A stretch of 62,203 bases of DNA, counting the filler, from Choristocarpus tenellus KU-1152 (Eukaryota > Protista > Phaeophyceae): assembly GCA_964200185.2 (NCBI GenBank). It is 8 parts of 8 records of this genome, joined end to end, with 100 filler letters (N's around TTAATTAATTAA, not from the genome) between each part and the next. Parts side by side here need not be neighbours in the genome. Positions count along the whole stretch, not along the records: positions 25,704 to 29,887 come from CAXNAD020015800.1; positions 29,988 to 34,333 come from CAXNAD020014995.1; positions 34,434 to 40,475 come from CAXNAD020009090.1; 5 more parts are not named here. The stretch is one strand, 5' to 3'. Shown here one piece after another: positions 26,978 to 38,825 of this stretch. Made by a program: the position numbers and the translations under genes. How positions within the stretch are numbered: position 1 is the stretch's first letter; each line of letters begins with the position of its first letter. The notes below the pieces were generated by a model. That model made no database searches, was not told the DNA's origin, and saw only the letters and a program-made list of their open reading frames with translations.

Positions 26978-28072
26978 CGGGCTAGTAACATCCACCGTTG
27001 CAAATAGGCGCTGGCGGAGCGTGGGCAGGAATGTTACGACAGCCGCAGAGCACTCCGTGCGCGTCCTGGCCAAGCACTGGCGAAAGCGAGCCTCTTCCGT
27101 CGCACGTCCCACCATGCCATCGTGAAGCTCCTCGGCCTATTACACAATACGAGAGGTGCCCGATCAACGGAGAAATGCTGAGTGTGGGTGAAAGTATGAG
27201 AGGTATATCGGGGGAGAGAAGGCAAGGACTTTCATGGGACTTCTCATGAGTTGTGTACTGGGGAACGGTACCTCAGGTGAGGATGGTAGACATGAAGTGC
27301 AATACAGCACACGTAATGAAAGTGTGGGGTGCTCTTCCATAGAGAGGGGTAATATACAACCAGGTATAGCGTAGTGTGATGTACTAGGGACCGTTCGTAA
27401 GGGAGGGCTGAGAGGGTAGCATTCCTCATCCCATGCAAAACAAAACGTACTGTCTTTGAGTTCATTTCATTGCAGGTTCGGGTGGGCATAAAGGCAGCGC
27501 TAGCAAGAGGAATATGTAATTTCGACACGTGTCACGAGGTTGTTTGGATAGGAGCCATCAACAGAAGCATCTATGCTGTGCCACTGCTACAGTACATCTA
27601 CACTTCTGGTAAAGGTCCGACTGTTCAATCTGATAACATGCACTCTGAGAATTTAAAACATTCATGAGTTTTCACAGCTCCATCACCACAATCAAGGACA
27701 TCGTTAAAGTAAGACATCATGTCGATTTTGTTGTGTGATACCCTCAACACAGATTGCGTTTGTTTACCAGATAGGGTGCCTCAAGATGTCAACTCAGGTT
27801 GACCACCCTTATCAAAAAGGAATATGATTCATATATAATACAGAACACCAAGTGTAGACGCTCCAATTCGACCTTACATCCTGCCAACACAGTGAGATAT
27901 GGGCAAGCTGTGGAAGGTGTGTGACTATATCTACCTCTCGGAGAAGCTTCTTGAACCTCCAGTAAGTGTACACTGCAGCCCCAGCCAACCCGCCAATTAC
28001 AATGGATCGTCGGTGCCGACGCGAGAATCGAGCTGTTGACCTTGCTGCATCTTCCACTGCCCGCAGCATCAT
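26978..28072 (-). CDS. PEX3: Peroxin-3 (peroxisomal membrane biogenesis), first two exons
   Basis: Exons 28072-27935 (..FSRRHRRSIVIGGLAGAAVYTYWRFKK, basic cluster plus TM anchor typical of PEX3) and 27136-26978 (RFRQCLARTRTECSAAVVTFLPTLRQRL, cf. F...Q..C...V...LPTLR..L). Downstream exons not resolved. Confidence 0.78.
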
Positions 28073-28206
28073 GTCTAATCTTAGTTGTGAACTTTTCTCT
28101 CACATGAAGTAAACTTCATAAACCCTAACTCTAACTTAGATCGTCCAAAAATTGTTTCAAATTTCAAGTCCACCAATACCCATCACACACCATACCTACC
28201 ACATCA
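28073..28206. promoter_or_regulatory. Very short divergent intergenic region PEX3/AKR with AAACCCTAA (telo-box-like) motif
   Basis: 134 bp between first ATGs; aaaccctaa at 28120-28128. Confidence 0.4.
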
Positions 28207-29691
28207 ATGATGGTTGTAGAGAGGGGATGGCATCAGCATGGTACACTGCTTCCCACTGCGTTGCATTCCGATGGACTGCCCACAACGATAACTCCAAGCA
28301 GGCGACTTACTTCCTTGCTCTCGTTTGTTGCACTCGGGTGTCGCTCGTCGCTCTTTGGCGATGCTGGATTGAGAAGGCTCCCTAGCTCGACGGGTCCGAT
28401 CGACCACGGAAAAGTGTGGCTTGATGGGAGACAGTTGATGGCGTTGAAACATTGTCCCAGATCATCTATTGCCCAGTCCGTAAGAGGGTGTCCCATGAGT
28501 ACGGCACTCGGTTTGTCGCCGTTGATGATGGGAGAGATTGAGACTGGAGATAGTTCCGTGGATTTTGGCCGTGAGCCCACCGTCTTTGTTGGAGGAGATG
28601 AAGGAGGTGTGAAGATCTGCAGACTGATTAATGGGATGGGCCAGGTATGATTCGAAGACGGTGCACTCTATACCCTGTGCCTCAGGCTTGTTCTCTTTAC
28701 TGTACCATGCCATCTGCTGACATTGACGTAGTAATATTCCAACAACCCTTACCCACTGTCGCCACACACCCTCATCCCTAGCCGCGACTTCCCTATTTCA
28801 ACCCAACAGCCCAAACCATCACGATGAGTATGAATGCCATCACTCTCAGGCATTGGACCAGGGCACATCGAACTATCAGCTGCCTTGAAACGACATCCTC
28901 TTATGTCTTCCCTCTTCCGTTTGCGCTCTCCCTACTGCATTCCAGGAAGACTCAAAGGACGGGGTATGGTCAGACAAGATGGAAACATTGAGGACAATGG
29001 AGCGCTTCGTGGACGAAGGGTTCACGACCTTTCACCTGGGCGGGCCCATAAAGGCGGCTAGGGACAGGTCCGAGGAATGGGCGGGGGCGTTTTTCAAGTC
29101 GGTGAGAAAGGAAGGATCTGTCCCGTTAGTTAATTGTGTCAGGGTAATACAATGGTGTGGTGATTCAAGAGTACATATAATAGTGATACAAGAAAGGCTT
29201 CCTGTTATCAAATGTTACGTCTGAAAAAGGGGCAAGAAGTTGGGTCTCGCACGTGCCACAACACTACATTTATATGTGTCATTTTTCGGGCACGATTGAC
29301 AGGATCGACCCTTGTCTTAATGACAAAAAGGGTCAGAAAGCTTAAAACAAAACTACGAACCATTTCAGTTTCCGTTTGATTTGGTGCCGAACCCGACTGC
29401 ATGAGAGATACCTGTCGGTGTGCAGACCAGGCGAACAACAAAAAAATCAATCCCGTCCCCAGTCGATTCAAATACGCCTTTCTCTTCCCATAACCCCCAA
29501 AAATCCACGCCATACATCATATGACAGATCTCCAGCGCTTCATCTTCGGAGGAGGGGGAGACTGTCCAATTTCTAACAGATATCGGTTTCAGGCCAGATA
29601 TTCCTGTAACAAAGAAGGCGGTTATCGCTGCAGTGGACTCTTCACTAAGGAGAATGGGCAAGGAGAGACTTGACCTGGTACAACTTAACTG
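28207..29691 (+). CDS. Aldo-keto reductase-fold protein, first three exons, catalytic residues not conserved; long N-terminal extension
   Basis: Exons 28207-28644 (..VKICRLINGMGQ), 28946-29101 (..TMERFVDEGFTTFHLGG..), 29528-29691 (..VIAAVDSSLRRMGKERLDLVQLNW); AKR hallmarks R..NGM.Q, G.TTF, V..SL.RM....LDL.Q. Truncated at spacer. Confidence 0.85.
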
Positions 29692-30909
29692 GTGAGATAG
29701 TCTTGTACTACCATTTTGCGAGAAGTGGATCTATAGTATTAGAAGGCTTGTTTTGATATTGATCAGTCAGTATGAAATGGGTGTGCCCTAGTTCAACCTC
29801 TCACCTCCCCCCCCCCCCCATCCCCCTGTAAATTTTTTCGTCACTATTGCCGAAATTAGATCCGAAGGGCGGCGTGTGGGGGAAGAGNNNNNNNNNNNNN
29901 NNNNNNNNNNNNNNNNNNNNNNNNNNNNNNNTTAATTAATTAANNNNNNNNNNNNNNNNNNNNNNNNNNNNNNNNNNNNNNNNNNNNGGGAGGGGAAGGT
30001 ATGTGTCATCTTCTCCAGATCCATGTAAAGTGCTGAATAGTGTTTTTCTTATTAAACAGCTTATCTCTGTGTATGCAAACAGAGGATTAGCACAGAGCGC
30101 TCTACATAAATGTGAGGGGGTGTGAAGGCTTCAAGAAGGCATACCTTTGTGCAATTGGCCAACAACATGGAGCACGGCAACGGAGGCAATTGACTCTGCC
30201 TTTACCACATTTGCCAAAACTGGGCTTGTACAAGTCAACTTCAAAGTCTCTATTCACTTTTGGGGAAGCCACACAGACATTCTGCAAAAAAGGAGGTTGG
30301 CCTTCATATCATCATTTAGAGAGAGAGAGAGAGAGAGATGGTTCCAATCTAGAAGATCGTGCAAATGAACACATCAGACAAATCACAGATCCAAAAGTGG
30401 ATATGCGCAGGCCAGAAACAGAGACGATTGTGGGGGGATTGTCAAAGATAGGACAACTAGATAGGCCGCAGAAGTTGAACCTGCTTAGGACGGGGCACAA
30501 TAACTGTGTGTTGAAAAAAAATGACAAAGTGCTCAGCAGTGTTGGTCTTGTTCTACTCAATTAAAAATGCAATGCATTGTTCCTTACTTACAAATGGTGC
30601 AACATACATCCATAGACCTCTCCGTGAATACTGCCAAAAACTAAGTACAACTATTGAAGAAATTGAAATTTAAAATTGGGGGTAGATGACTCAATGTGTA
30701 TATATACGTGTGTGTATGTGTATGTGTATTCATGAAATTGTTGCCCCCAATTGTATATTTCCAGTATTTTGGGAAGGTTAGGCTAAACACAAACAGGGTG
30801 AGAGTATGTTTCACAGGAAAGATACAACTAGCTTCCACTTCGGATAAAATTTCCATACAGGAAAATCTGGGATGCACAGACTTCGCACAGCGTCAAACTT
30901 GGTGCTCAC

Positions 30910-31876
30910 CTCAAAGTGAGCCTCACTGCTAAGATCATTGATATGCTGCATCATTGCAATTTCTTCTGGGGTCTTGATAACCCTGCACTCCACCACCACA
31001 TCGTACAGTAGCGACGACTGGTCAACCTTGAAATTGCCTAGTCCTTCAGTGTCTGCAGGTGTAGAGAATGCCTTTCCATCCCCATTGAAACCCCTGTTGA
31101 CCAATATCTAGACTCACACCCATGGAAGCGATGCGGGGGGGGGTACGAGGTAAAGTCGGGTGACCATGGGGGCAGCGAGTGAGATATACCAAAAAATGAG
31201 GGCAGAGGGCGTGGACTAGGCGATGGAGCTTTATGCACACAGGGTTTGCTAATTTTGAAGAAAATATAGGAGTATGAACCAACACAATACACACGGAAAC
31301 ATCCAAAAGCATACAATCACTGCGAAACTTACTCCTTTGGTTCTTTCCATTATCATTGATACTATAGAGCGTGAAAACCAGGTAAGCTTTGTCGAGATGA
31401 AGGGGACCAGAGGGTGGGGTATCTATTTCGAGCTCTGGCGTGCTCACCTTCTCTGGTTCGAAGGTCTTGACATTGTGTTCAAGTTCGTCCACATAAAACA
31501 CCTGATCCACCTTGTACATTCTCTGGAAGTGCGAAGGGGGCATAATTTCTCCCATCCATGTCGCGTACTCCCTTGGCAGGCGAGGAATGTATAGCATCGA
31601 TTCACCGGTGACCATATTCACGGTCGCCAGGCAGTCCGGCTCACGCACCCCGAAGAGGTAGTGGAATGTCGACTCCTGGCGAAAGACGGGCTCGTGGTCG
31701 GTTTCGTCTCGGTATGCCGAGACACCACCCTTGAACAAGAGAAGGCTACGGGTGGGCAAGCCACCCGCAGCCCTAAGTTTCTCCACGAGTTTTTGCCGGT
31801 GGTCTTTATGCATAGAGTAGTTCACACAGAAAGGACCAACAGTGTTGGAACTCATGGGAACATCCAGGTCGGGCAT
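30910..31876 (-). CDS. PEPD: Xaa-Pro dipeptidase (prolidase), first two exons
   Basis: Exons 31876-31448 (..LLLFKGGVSAYRDETDHEPVFRQESTFHYLFGVREPD..LYIPRLPREYATWMGEI..YKVDQVFYVDEL) and 31107-30910 (..LYDVVVECRVIKTPEEIAMMQHINDLSSEAH), classic prolidase N-domain motifs. Confidence 0.93.
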
Positions 31877-32429
31877 TTCGGACGCTAGTGATCCTTTCGT
31901 TGTGGATTGGTTTATATCCCTCGCTAACTGTAGCCCTTTGTCGGACCAGACGCTGGAGGGAAGACCGATCTTGACTTTGGCGAGTAGAAATTTCACCTCA
32001 GAGCAATCAGGATACTTAGATTAAGATTTAGGGTTTTACCGATCTAATATCATGTCCGGGTTTCAAAGTAGCGGAAGGCTTTGCGTGGTCAACAACAACA
32101 AACAAAATATTTCAAAAGGTGAGAGCCATCTCTTCAAACTAAGGTATACGTTTAAGGCGACCTACCTTCAACGTGTGTTAGTTGTATGACATCTGCTTTT
32201 GGATGAAGTTAACATTTGCTTGAAGAAAATAGGGGGTGGTTTGAGGGGACCTTGCAAACGCCCCCATTCACTTTTTGTTTGTTCACTCTTTCCTGAGTGA
32301 TCTTTTGAGAGATTACTCTCCCTCCTGCCTTGTCTCTCTCCATTCCCTTCCTCCTGTGGGTCTTCTGGCTCCCCTTCAGTCTGAAGACCCTGTCGGCCTG
32401 TTTCCATCTGTTTCACAAACCAACAATAT

Positions 32430-32840
32430 ATTTGGGATATATGTAACACCTTTACAGTATAAAGTTTGGGGTGCCTCAGTAGGCAACCAGAAAGTTTTCT
32501 GGACGAGTTGGCTACGCACACAGTAGGAGGGAGAGGGGCAGGAGGCTACAGCAGGAAAGGAGCTGTCGAAACCGTCTACGACATATAGTGTCTGTCACAA
32601 CACAAGTGGCTCTATCAAGACGTGTCATGCATTTTAAGCAGGAGACACTAGGAAGATGGGCAAGGATGAGCTTGTTAGATTCTTGGGATGCTTCCCTAGC
32701 TCCTCGCCCTGTGGTGTAGGGCTAAGATAGGATGGAGGCATAGCAGGGGAGTGGTGTAGCATAGCTTGTAGTCAAATAGTAAATAGATTTATAGAGAAAT
32801 ATATTTCACATTTACGACAACTGTTACTTTTACATAGGTT
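32430..32840 (+). mobile_element. Second CRE-like non-LTR 3' end, 5'-truncated
   Basis: Aligns with 9860-10240 (aggctacagc..aaaggagc.gtcgaa, caagt.gc.ctatc.agacg.gtcatgc.ttttaagc, ttgttagattcttgggatgctt, gacaactgttactttt). Confidence 0.8.
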
Positions 32841-33379
32841 CTTATGATATTGAATTGACTTTCCCCCTGACACATCCGCAAAATGTGTCACAGGGCAAAA
32901 TAATATATAATATATTTCGGACAGGTCCTGTTAGTAGCTGATCTCAGTCCAATTCATTTCCGTGCGTACATGTAAGTGTATTGCGTGCACCTTATTATGA
33001 TTCTTGATGATGTTCACATCAACATCAAACACAGATAAGTCCTGAGAACCCCTGGACCGCTTGCCGTTGACAGTCACAAGGGTGTGACGTCACCCATTGG
33101 ATCCAAGGTTCAACTCAAACTTCATCCCAAGATTTTATGGTTGTGGGCACTTGTGAGTTTGCTGGAAGCAACTCCACCCTGGCACAGCTGGTAATTCTGA
33201 ACACCCTCTCTCTACATCTGATTGGACCCTACCTCATGACAGTGGTACTCACACCGACATTCAAAAGGGGAAACGCCAAAAAGACCATGGATGTATGAGT
33301 AAAAGAAGTAACCAAATACAATAAGAAGAGATAGACAAGAACAAGAAGGGTAAAAGGAAGGTCACTGGCCCAAGCGAGG

Positions 33380-33900
33380 CAGAAATTATTCAAAGTCGGA
33401 CACCACCAAGGGAAGCACCGCTATTCCATCAACAAGTTTGGTCGATGGCGTCCTAGGACACTCAACTTGAGCAAGACGGGATAGTGGGGGTTCAACCCAG
33501 GGATAGGCCCCCCTACAGTACGCCGCCCACATCTGGCAACTGGTTTGCAGTCCTGAAGGAGAGCTGAGAGTCTGAAGAATCAACACCAACCAAATCTGTC
33601 AGGCAGGATGCAATGGAGAAAATCCTCATGGACTTCACCACGAGCAGATTCCTCGACCATGCACTAGTGGTCTCAGCACTGAAGGCATCCTTGAACCAGA
33701 GTGCAAGTGGCGGACAGATAAGCTCAATCAAAATATCTCGTTTCAAAATATTGTTACCACTACAAAGTAATGTGTGTACACGACATGTATGGTGTTCCAC
33801 AACACAGAGTTGAGGGAATTTCTTCAAGAGATGAGTCCCACACATGTGGTAGGGTAGACTTCTAGCAATACAGAAATCCCCAAAAGTACCGGATTCCCTT
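33380..33900 (-). mobile_element. Decayed RLE-type non-LTR retrotransposon C-terminal fragment
   Basis: Minus strand C..HTLLC...(CCHC-like), LPDV and VLPLVVSDF (cf. P.V....G of RLE); frameshifted. Confidence 0.4.
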
Positions 33901-33922
33901 TGACGTCAAGCCCTGTCACTCT

Positions 33923-34023
33923 GAGTGAAAGTATCTTATAGGGTACGAGTTTTGCCTTGTTTGTCCGTTTGGGGCTTGGCTTCCCAAACGGGCGCGTCTC
34001 TACCCTCTAAGATACTTTGACCC
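33923..34023 (+). mobile_element. Internally deleted MITE A (101 bp)
   Basis: Both TIRs intact, TSD TCT. Confidence 0.85.
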
Positions 34024-34927
34024 TCTGATGATCCTCACTCTCCACTCTCCACACTTACACTTGTCCAATCTTGACCTCATACCCTCCATTACTGTTTGTC
34101 TTGGTTCATCCGTTCCATCTTGCCCGGTGATTCTCTTTGTCACTCTTTCCGGAGTGAACCATGCCACCACAGAATCACACAATTCACATTCGCAACTTCA
34201 ATTGACCTCCATGCCAAAACGCCGAATGCCAAAACCAGAGGGTCAAAGTATCTGGGGGGGGGGGGGGGGGGGGGGGTGGGGGGGGGGAGGGCGGGGGGGG
34301 GGGGGAGAGGGGGGGTCACGGGGGGGGCGCGATNNNNNNNNNNNNNNNNNNNNNNNNNNNNNNNNNNNNNNNNNNNNTTAATTAATTAANNNNNNNNNNN
34401 NNNNNNNNNNNNNNNNNNNNNNNNNNNNNNNNNATGTATTTTGTAACTTTTGAAGGTCCAGCTCAAAAGAAACAAGTGTATACTCGGATTAGACCAGACA
34501 AATTAACGGAGATTGCATTGTGTGACCTTATGGACACCTTCAAGGGAACGTGGATGAATGAATCACATTTGTGATTAGAGTGATTGGAACTGTGGACCCA
34601 TTCATTTTAGGCCATGTCAGAGATATATACTTTATAAATTTTGAAGGTGTGTTTCAGAAAGAGCAAATGTATACTCGGACTAGGTCAGGGGCAATCTGAC
34701 TCTGATGATATTCTGTAACCCTTGGGAAACCTTCCCAGGTTAGACAAGGACATTTGTTGACCTGTTTTGGAGATAGTTGAAGTTATATATATATATATAT
34801 TATTAAGAGATATTACCTTGTCTGGTCAGACATATGTTGATCTTGACTGTGCCTTACGACTTTTGGGGATCCGTTCTCAAAGGAAACAAGGGGATTGTTG
34901 ATCATTGTTGGAATCCATAGGTTAGTT

Positions 34928-35066
34928 TGGAATTGGAGTCCCTATGTTGGAAACAACTGGCAGAGTCGGAACTGGAGTCCCTATGTTGGAAACAACTGGC
35001 AGAGTTGGAGCTGGAGTCCCTATGTTGGACACAACTGGCAGAGTCGGAACTGAAGCCCCTACGTTA
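34928..35066. repeat. 39-bp minisatellite, ~3.5 copies
   Basis: Unit ggaactggagtccctatgttggaaacaactggcagagt(c/t) at 34929, 34968, 35007, 35046. Confidence 0.9.
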
Positions 35067-35875
35067 CCAAAGGGCAATTATGCATGCCACCGCAGCATGA
35101 TCTAAGGTGATGGATATTTACTATCCAGGTAATGATTATTGCCTGTGGTAAGCATGAAACAGGTAGTCCCTACATGGAACATAGGATAGCAGAAGTTGGA
35201 ACCATGAAGTAACCCACATCAGAACAGATAGCAATTTTTGTACGATGTTTTGATTTTTTTTATTGCCATTTTGTGTTTTTGATTATTTTTTCTGTGTACA
35301 TCAGGTACCTGACCCCCTTTTAATCCATGGATTTTTGTTTCTCTCCACCTTTCATTTTATATTATTCTTTCGTTTTATTTTTTTATTTTTATCATTTTTG
35401 TCATTTTTTTTATCTATCCCTTGTACAACTTTTTTTCTCTTCTCTCCTCTTTTTGTCCGAACAGGTACCTCATCCCATTAATTCCTTGTTTTGTTCTATA
35501 TTTTTTCTTTTCTTTTTCTCCTTTTTTTGTCGCTGATGTTGATGTTATTGCCTGTTTATGCACTAGCAGCCGTCAGTATGCTTCGTGCTTGGGGGGCAAG
35601 AGACAGGCAATAATCAGATTATACTTGGCACATTAGGGTAGCTGTACTTTAGAAAGAGTAAGTGTATACTCCGATTGGGCTAGATACAGACAGTTTTTTC
35701 CAAGTCGATAAGGATATATGTTTTGGGCCTAGTAGGAGTCAGGTATTATTTTCTTCTTTCTTTCTCCTTGCAACAGGATGTGATCTGAGGTTATTGAAGA
35801 TATTCATTACCTTCACTGGTTACAATCACTTGTGGTAAGCATGAAAAATGTATTGCTAGTTCATGCTGGGGGGCA

Positions 35876-36363
35876 CGTTACAGGCGAATAGCGCGAGCAT
35901 TTCTTTCTGCGTGTGAAAATGCGTGAACAGTATACATACGTAAGAAATCATGTAGGAGGAACTTTGAATTGATAGAAGATGCAGAGTAAGATTTGAAATG
36001 CAAACATAATCTTACAGAATAGATGTCAATTCCTGAAAGTTGCAGAATAAAGATTTATGATTGAAGTATCTACTTAGCAGTTTGCAGACTTCATTTAACT
36101 CTTTGGCTGTAGAAAAATGGTGAATGATGCTAATAAAAGGCTGATGCGGATCACCATGCCCTCGGTTCTTTTGATATTTACCTCTTTTGATAAAGCGAAA
36201 AGCGAGACATTGACTGAGCTAAACAAACATCAAGCTGACACCGTATGTGGTTATCATCTGTGAACCCCCGTGTAGCATCATTTTAAGGTCGTTGGATTTG
36301 AGTTGCTTATCCTGTGGAGGTGAGTTCTGAGGGGCACGCTGTAACATGGAGGGCCTACCGAGA
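35876..36363 (+). mobile_element. LTR (~470 bp) followed by primer-binding site
   Basis: (C)GTTACAG...CTGTAACA at 35876-36346, homologous to 44339-44803, immediately followed by TGGAGGGCCTACCGAGA. Confidence 0.8.
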
Positions 36364-36699
36364 CTTCCACCCTGTAACACATCTCCCCAGTCCGCAAAAG
36401 GACTTCTTTAAGGAGTTGGAAAGGGTGCTCTTTCCTGCCCTACGAAAGAAATGGAGTGATGATGACCGTAGGGTGTGCAAATTATGTTGCCTATGACTCT
36501 GCCAGCTCCAATTCTTGAATAACACGAACGAAATAATCGTAACCTGGTCAGCCAACTGGGGTAAGAATCCGAATCGACTCTCTGGTTTTTCTTCGTGATA
36601 GTTTTAATTTTTTGCAGACATATTGATAGTCGCTATTTCAAAGTTGTCTAAAACCGTTCGTTCAAGCACAGAAAAGGCAAGCGAGCACAACGAATCTGC

Positions 36700-37273
36700 T
36701 GTTAACGTATCCAGGACATTGTGACCCTAACTTGTGGGAGACAATACTCCTGACGACCAGATATATCTTCGTATTTCTTGCACAGGGAAAGAAGGGTTGT
36801 GTACAAAAATGGAGCAAAAGCAGGAAGCTTCAAGACTAGGCACAGCCACTTGAATGAAAATGTTTAGATGTTTCGGGTCCATTCTGGGTAAAAGAAGGTG
36901 TGCATCTTGAAATTGAGGGTGGATTAAACATGCTTGGGAAACATGTGGGGTTTCTAGCACGGACTAGCTTATGGGGCTGTCCTTTTGATCGGAACATTTA
37001 CCTTGCTCCGCAAAATAACCCTCCCAGCGTTGATCGAAAAGAATGCCTTCTGACTCACCTCATCAGTCACCCATCTATTGGTGGTTTCCGCTGCATCGCT
37101 GCTGTGTACACCAAGGCGTATTCTCCAATTTCTATAGAGGTCAACCCATGCCCTCCTCTCCACTGTTTCCATGTAGGCCAAAGCTTGGGGCTGAATGGAT
37201 TGAACGGCATCCAAATATCTGTGAAACGCAAACTCATTTGGTGCCACAGATGCCTATGTTTCGAGGAAGTGGG
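36700..37273 (-). mobile_element. Decayed Mutator-like (MULE) transposase C-terminal relic
   Basis: ALAYMETVERRAWVDLY..RLGVHSSDAAETTNRW resembles the MULE A..YL......W.......G..TSN.AES.N motif, followed by a degenerate SWIM-like SCFC....FPC. Confidence 0.5.
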
Positions 37274-37532
37274 GAGTGAGAGTATCTTAGAGGGTAGAGT
37301 CGCGTCTGCCTGGGGCCCAAAATCCGACGTTTCGATTTTGATGTAATTTTGGTTATCGTCTTTGTTAGGAAGTGTCAATATTCTTGTTGCGGACACAATT
37401 TTTTTATAATGTACACACTTTACCTGCTCGGGAACATTTTGGAGTAGGAAAATGTCATAAAACCCCCATGGGAAGCCAAGCTCTAAACGGACAAACAGGG
37501 CAAAACTCGTACCCTCTAAGATACTTTCACTC
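37274..37532 (-). mobile_element. MITE A
   Basis: Full TIRs; flanks TGGG/TGGA. Confidence 0.9.
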
Positions 37533-38567
37533 TGGAGTGGTGACAACATTTTATGATGTAGAGTTCAGTTATGGGGGATTCCTTGTGCACTATGAATTTT
37601 TCGCCAAATTTATGCTTAACTTATTCATAGTACACATCTAGTGTCCCATATGGCAATGGTAATTAAATATACCAGCCGATGAAGAGGTGTCCCACTCATA
37701 AAAATTACACGTAAATAGAAGTGTTTAAGTCCCTTTCACAGACATATATGCATTCTAAGGAAACAGTGTTAACATAACTGGTATTTTATAAGCACGGCAC
37801 ATGGACCGAGAACTACTAATTTTATTCAACAGTGTTGGAAACTGACAATAATTGCAGTTGTGAGGATTGGGAATTCCTATACCAGTATCATTACAGGAGG
37901 GTGGTGCCACTCGATTTTTGCCCGCTTCACTTATATCCTGCTCATCAGCCAATCGGAACGCTTAGTATCACCTAGAAGCTTTGGGCGTCTTGGTACAGAG
38001 GCAGAAGCTATTCCTGGATGAGCCAGCGGAACATGCAATTTTAATGGGTGTGGAGATCTCTCCAGGAAGGGAGCAGTGATGGTGTACCTGTGACACTTTG
38101 TGTCCATAATGGCCAAGCGGTGATTTCAACGTGTAATATGTGCTTCTAAATACCTCTCTAATTGGCTAGACAGGGCATTACAGGCTTGTGGGACTTTCCC
38201 CTTGTTTCTAGAACCACCTTCACAGTGCCAGTCTAGGAGTTAATTTGAACTTAAGGTGTTGCATGTTTCCTGGCTGTTTTGAGACAAAGTACAATTCCAA
38301 GTACATAGTTTCCTAGTACTGCGAATGGAGTTCCTTCTTCAAATACATATATGCTACATATACCTACAAGTAGCTTCGGTTGGTTTATTACGCCTCGTAC
38401 TCTGTTGTTTGTTCTTGTGTTCTTTGCCATTGAGTCAAACGTAAACTATAAATACTCAGTGTTGCATTATAAACAAGCTGACAAATATGTGCAAAATTCG
38501 ACTTATTTTACAAATAATTAGTATATAATATTTTCTGTTTTTTTTGTCGGAAAGTTTCAAGCAAAAA

Positions 38568-38825
38568 GAGTCAAAGTATCTTAGAGGGTAGAGCCGCGTC
38601 CATTTGGGGGCCAGAACCCAATGTTGCAATTTTGAAGTAATTTTGGCTATCGTGCTTGTTGGAAAATGTCAATATCCTTGTTCCGGACACACCTTTTCAT
38701 AAGGTATAGCTATTACCTACTCCGAAACATTTTGGAGCAGGAAAATACAAAAAAAAAAACGTGGGAAGCTAAGCCCCAAACGGACAAACAGGGCAAAACC
38801 CGTACCCTCTAAGATACTTTCATTC
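38568..38825 (-). mobile_element. MITE A inside an older repeat
   Basis: Full TIRs; flanks AAAA/AAAT. Confidence 0.9.

Noticed and set aside
31046-31996. 316-aa single-exon ORF
   Set aside because: Only 31876-31448 is prolidase; the rest is intron read-through and 5' sequence from a non-ATG start.
34928-35066. Short repeat arrays (also 25704 and 40262) as CRISPR-like
   Set aside because: Units are contiguous tandem copies without unique spacers; no cas genes; eukaryotic context.
35263-35636. Hydrophobic membrane-protein-like ORFs (also 60518-60751, 61500-61769, 8369-8680)
   Set aside because: Artefacts of T-rich or (TAT)n low-complexity DNA.
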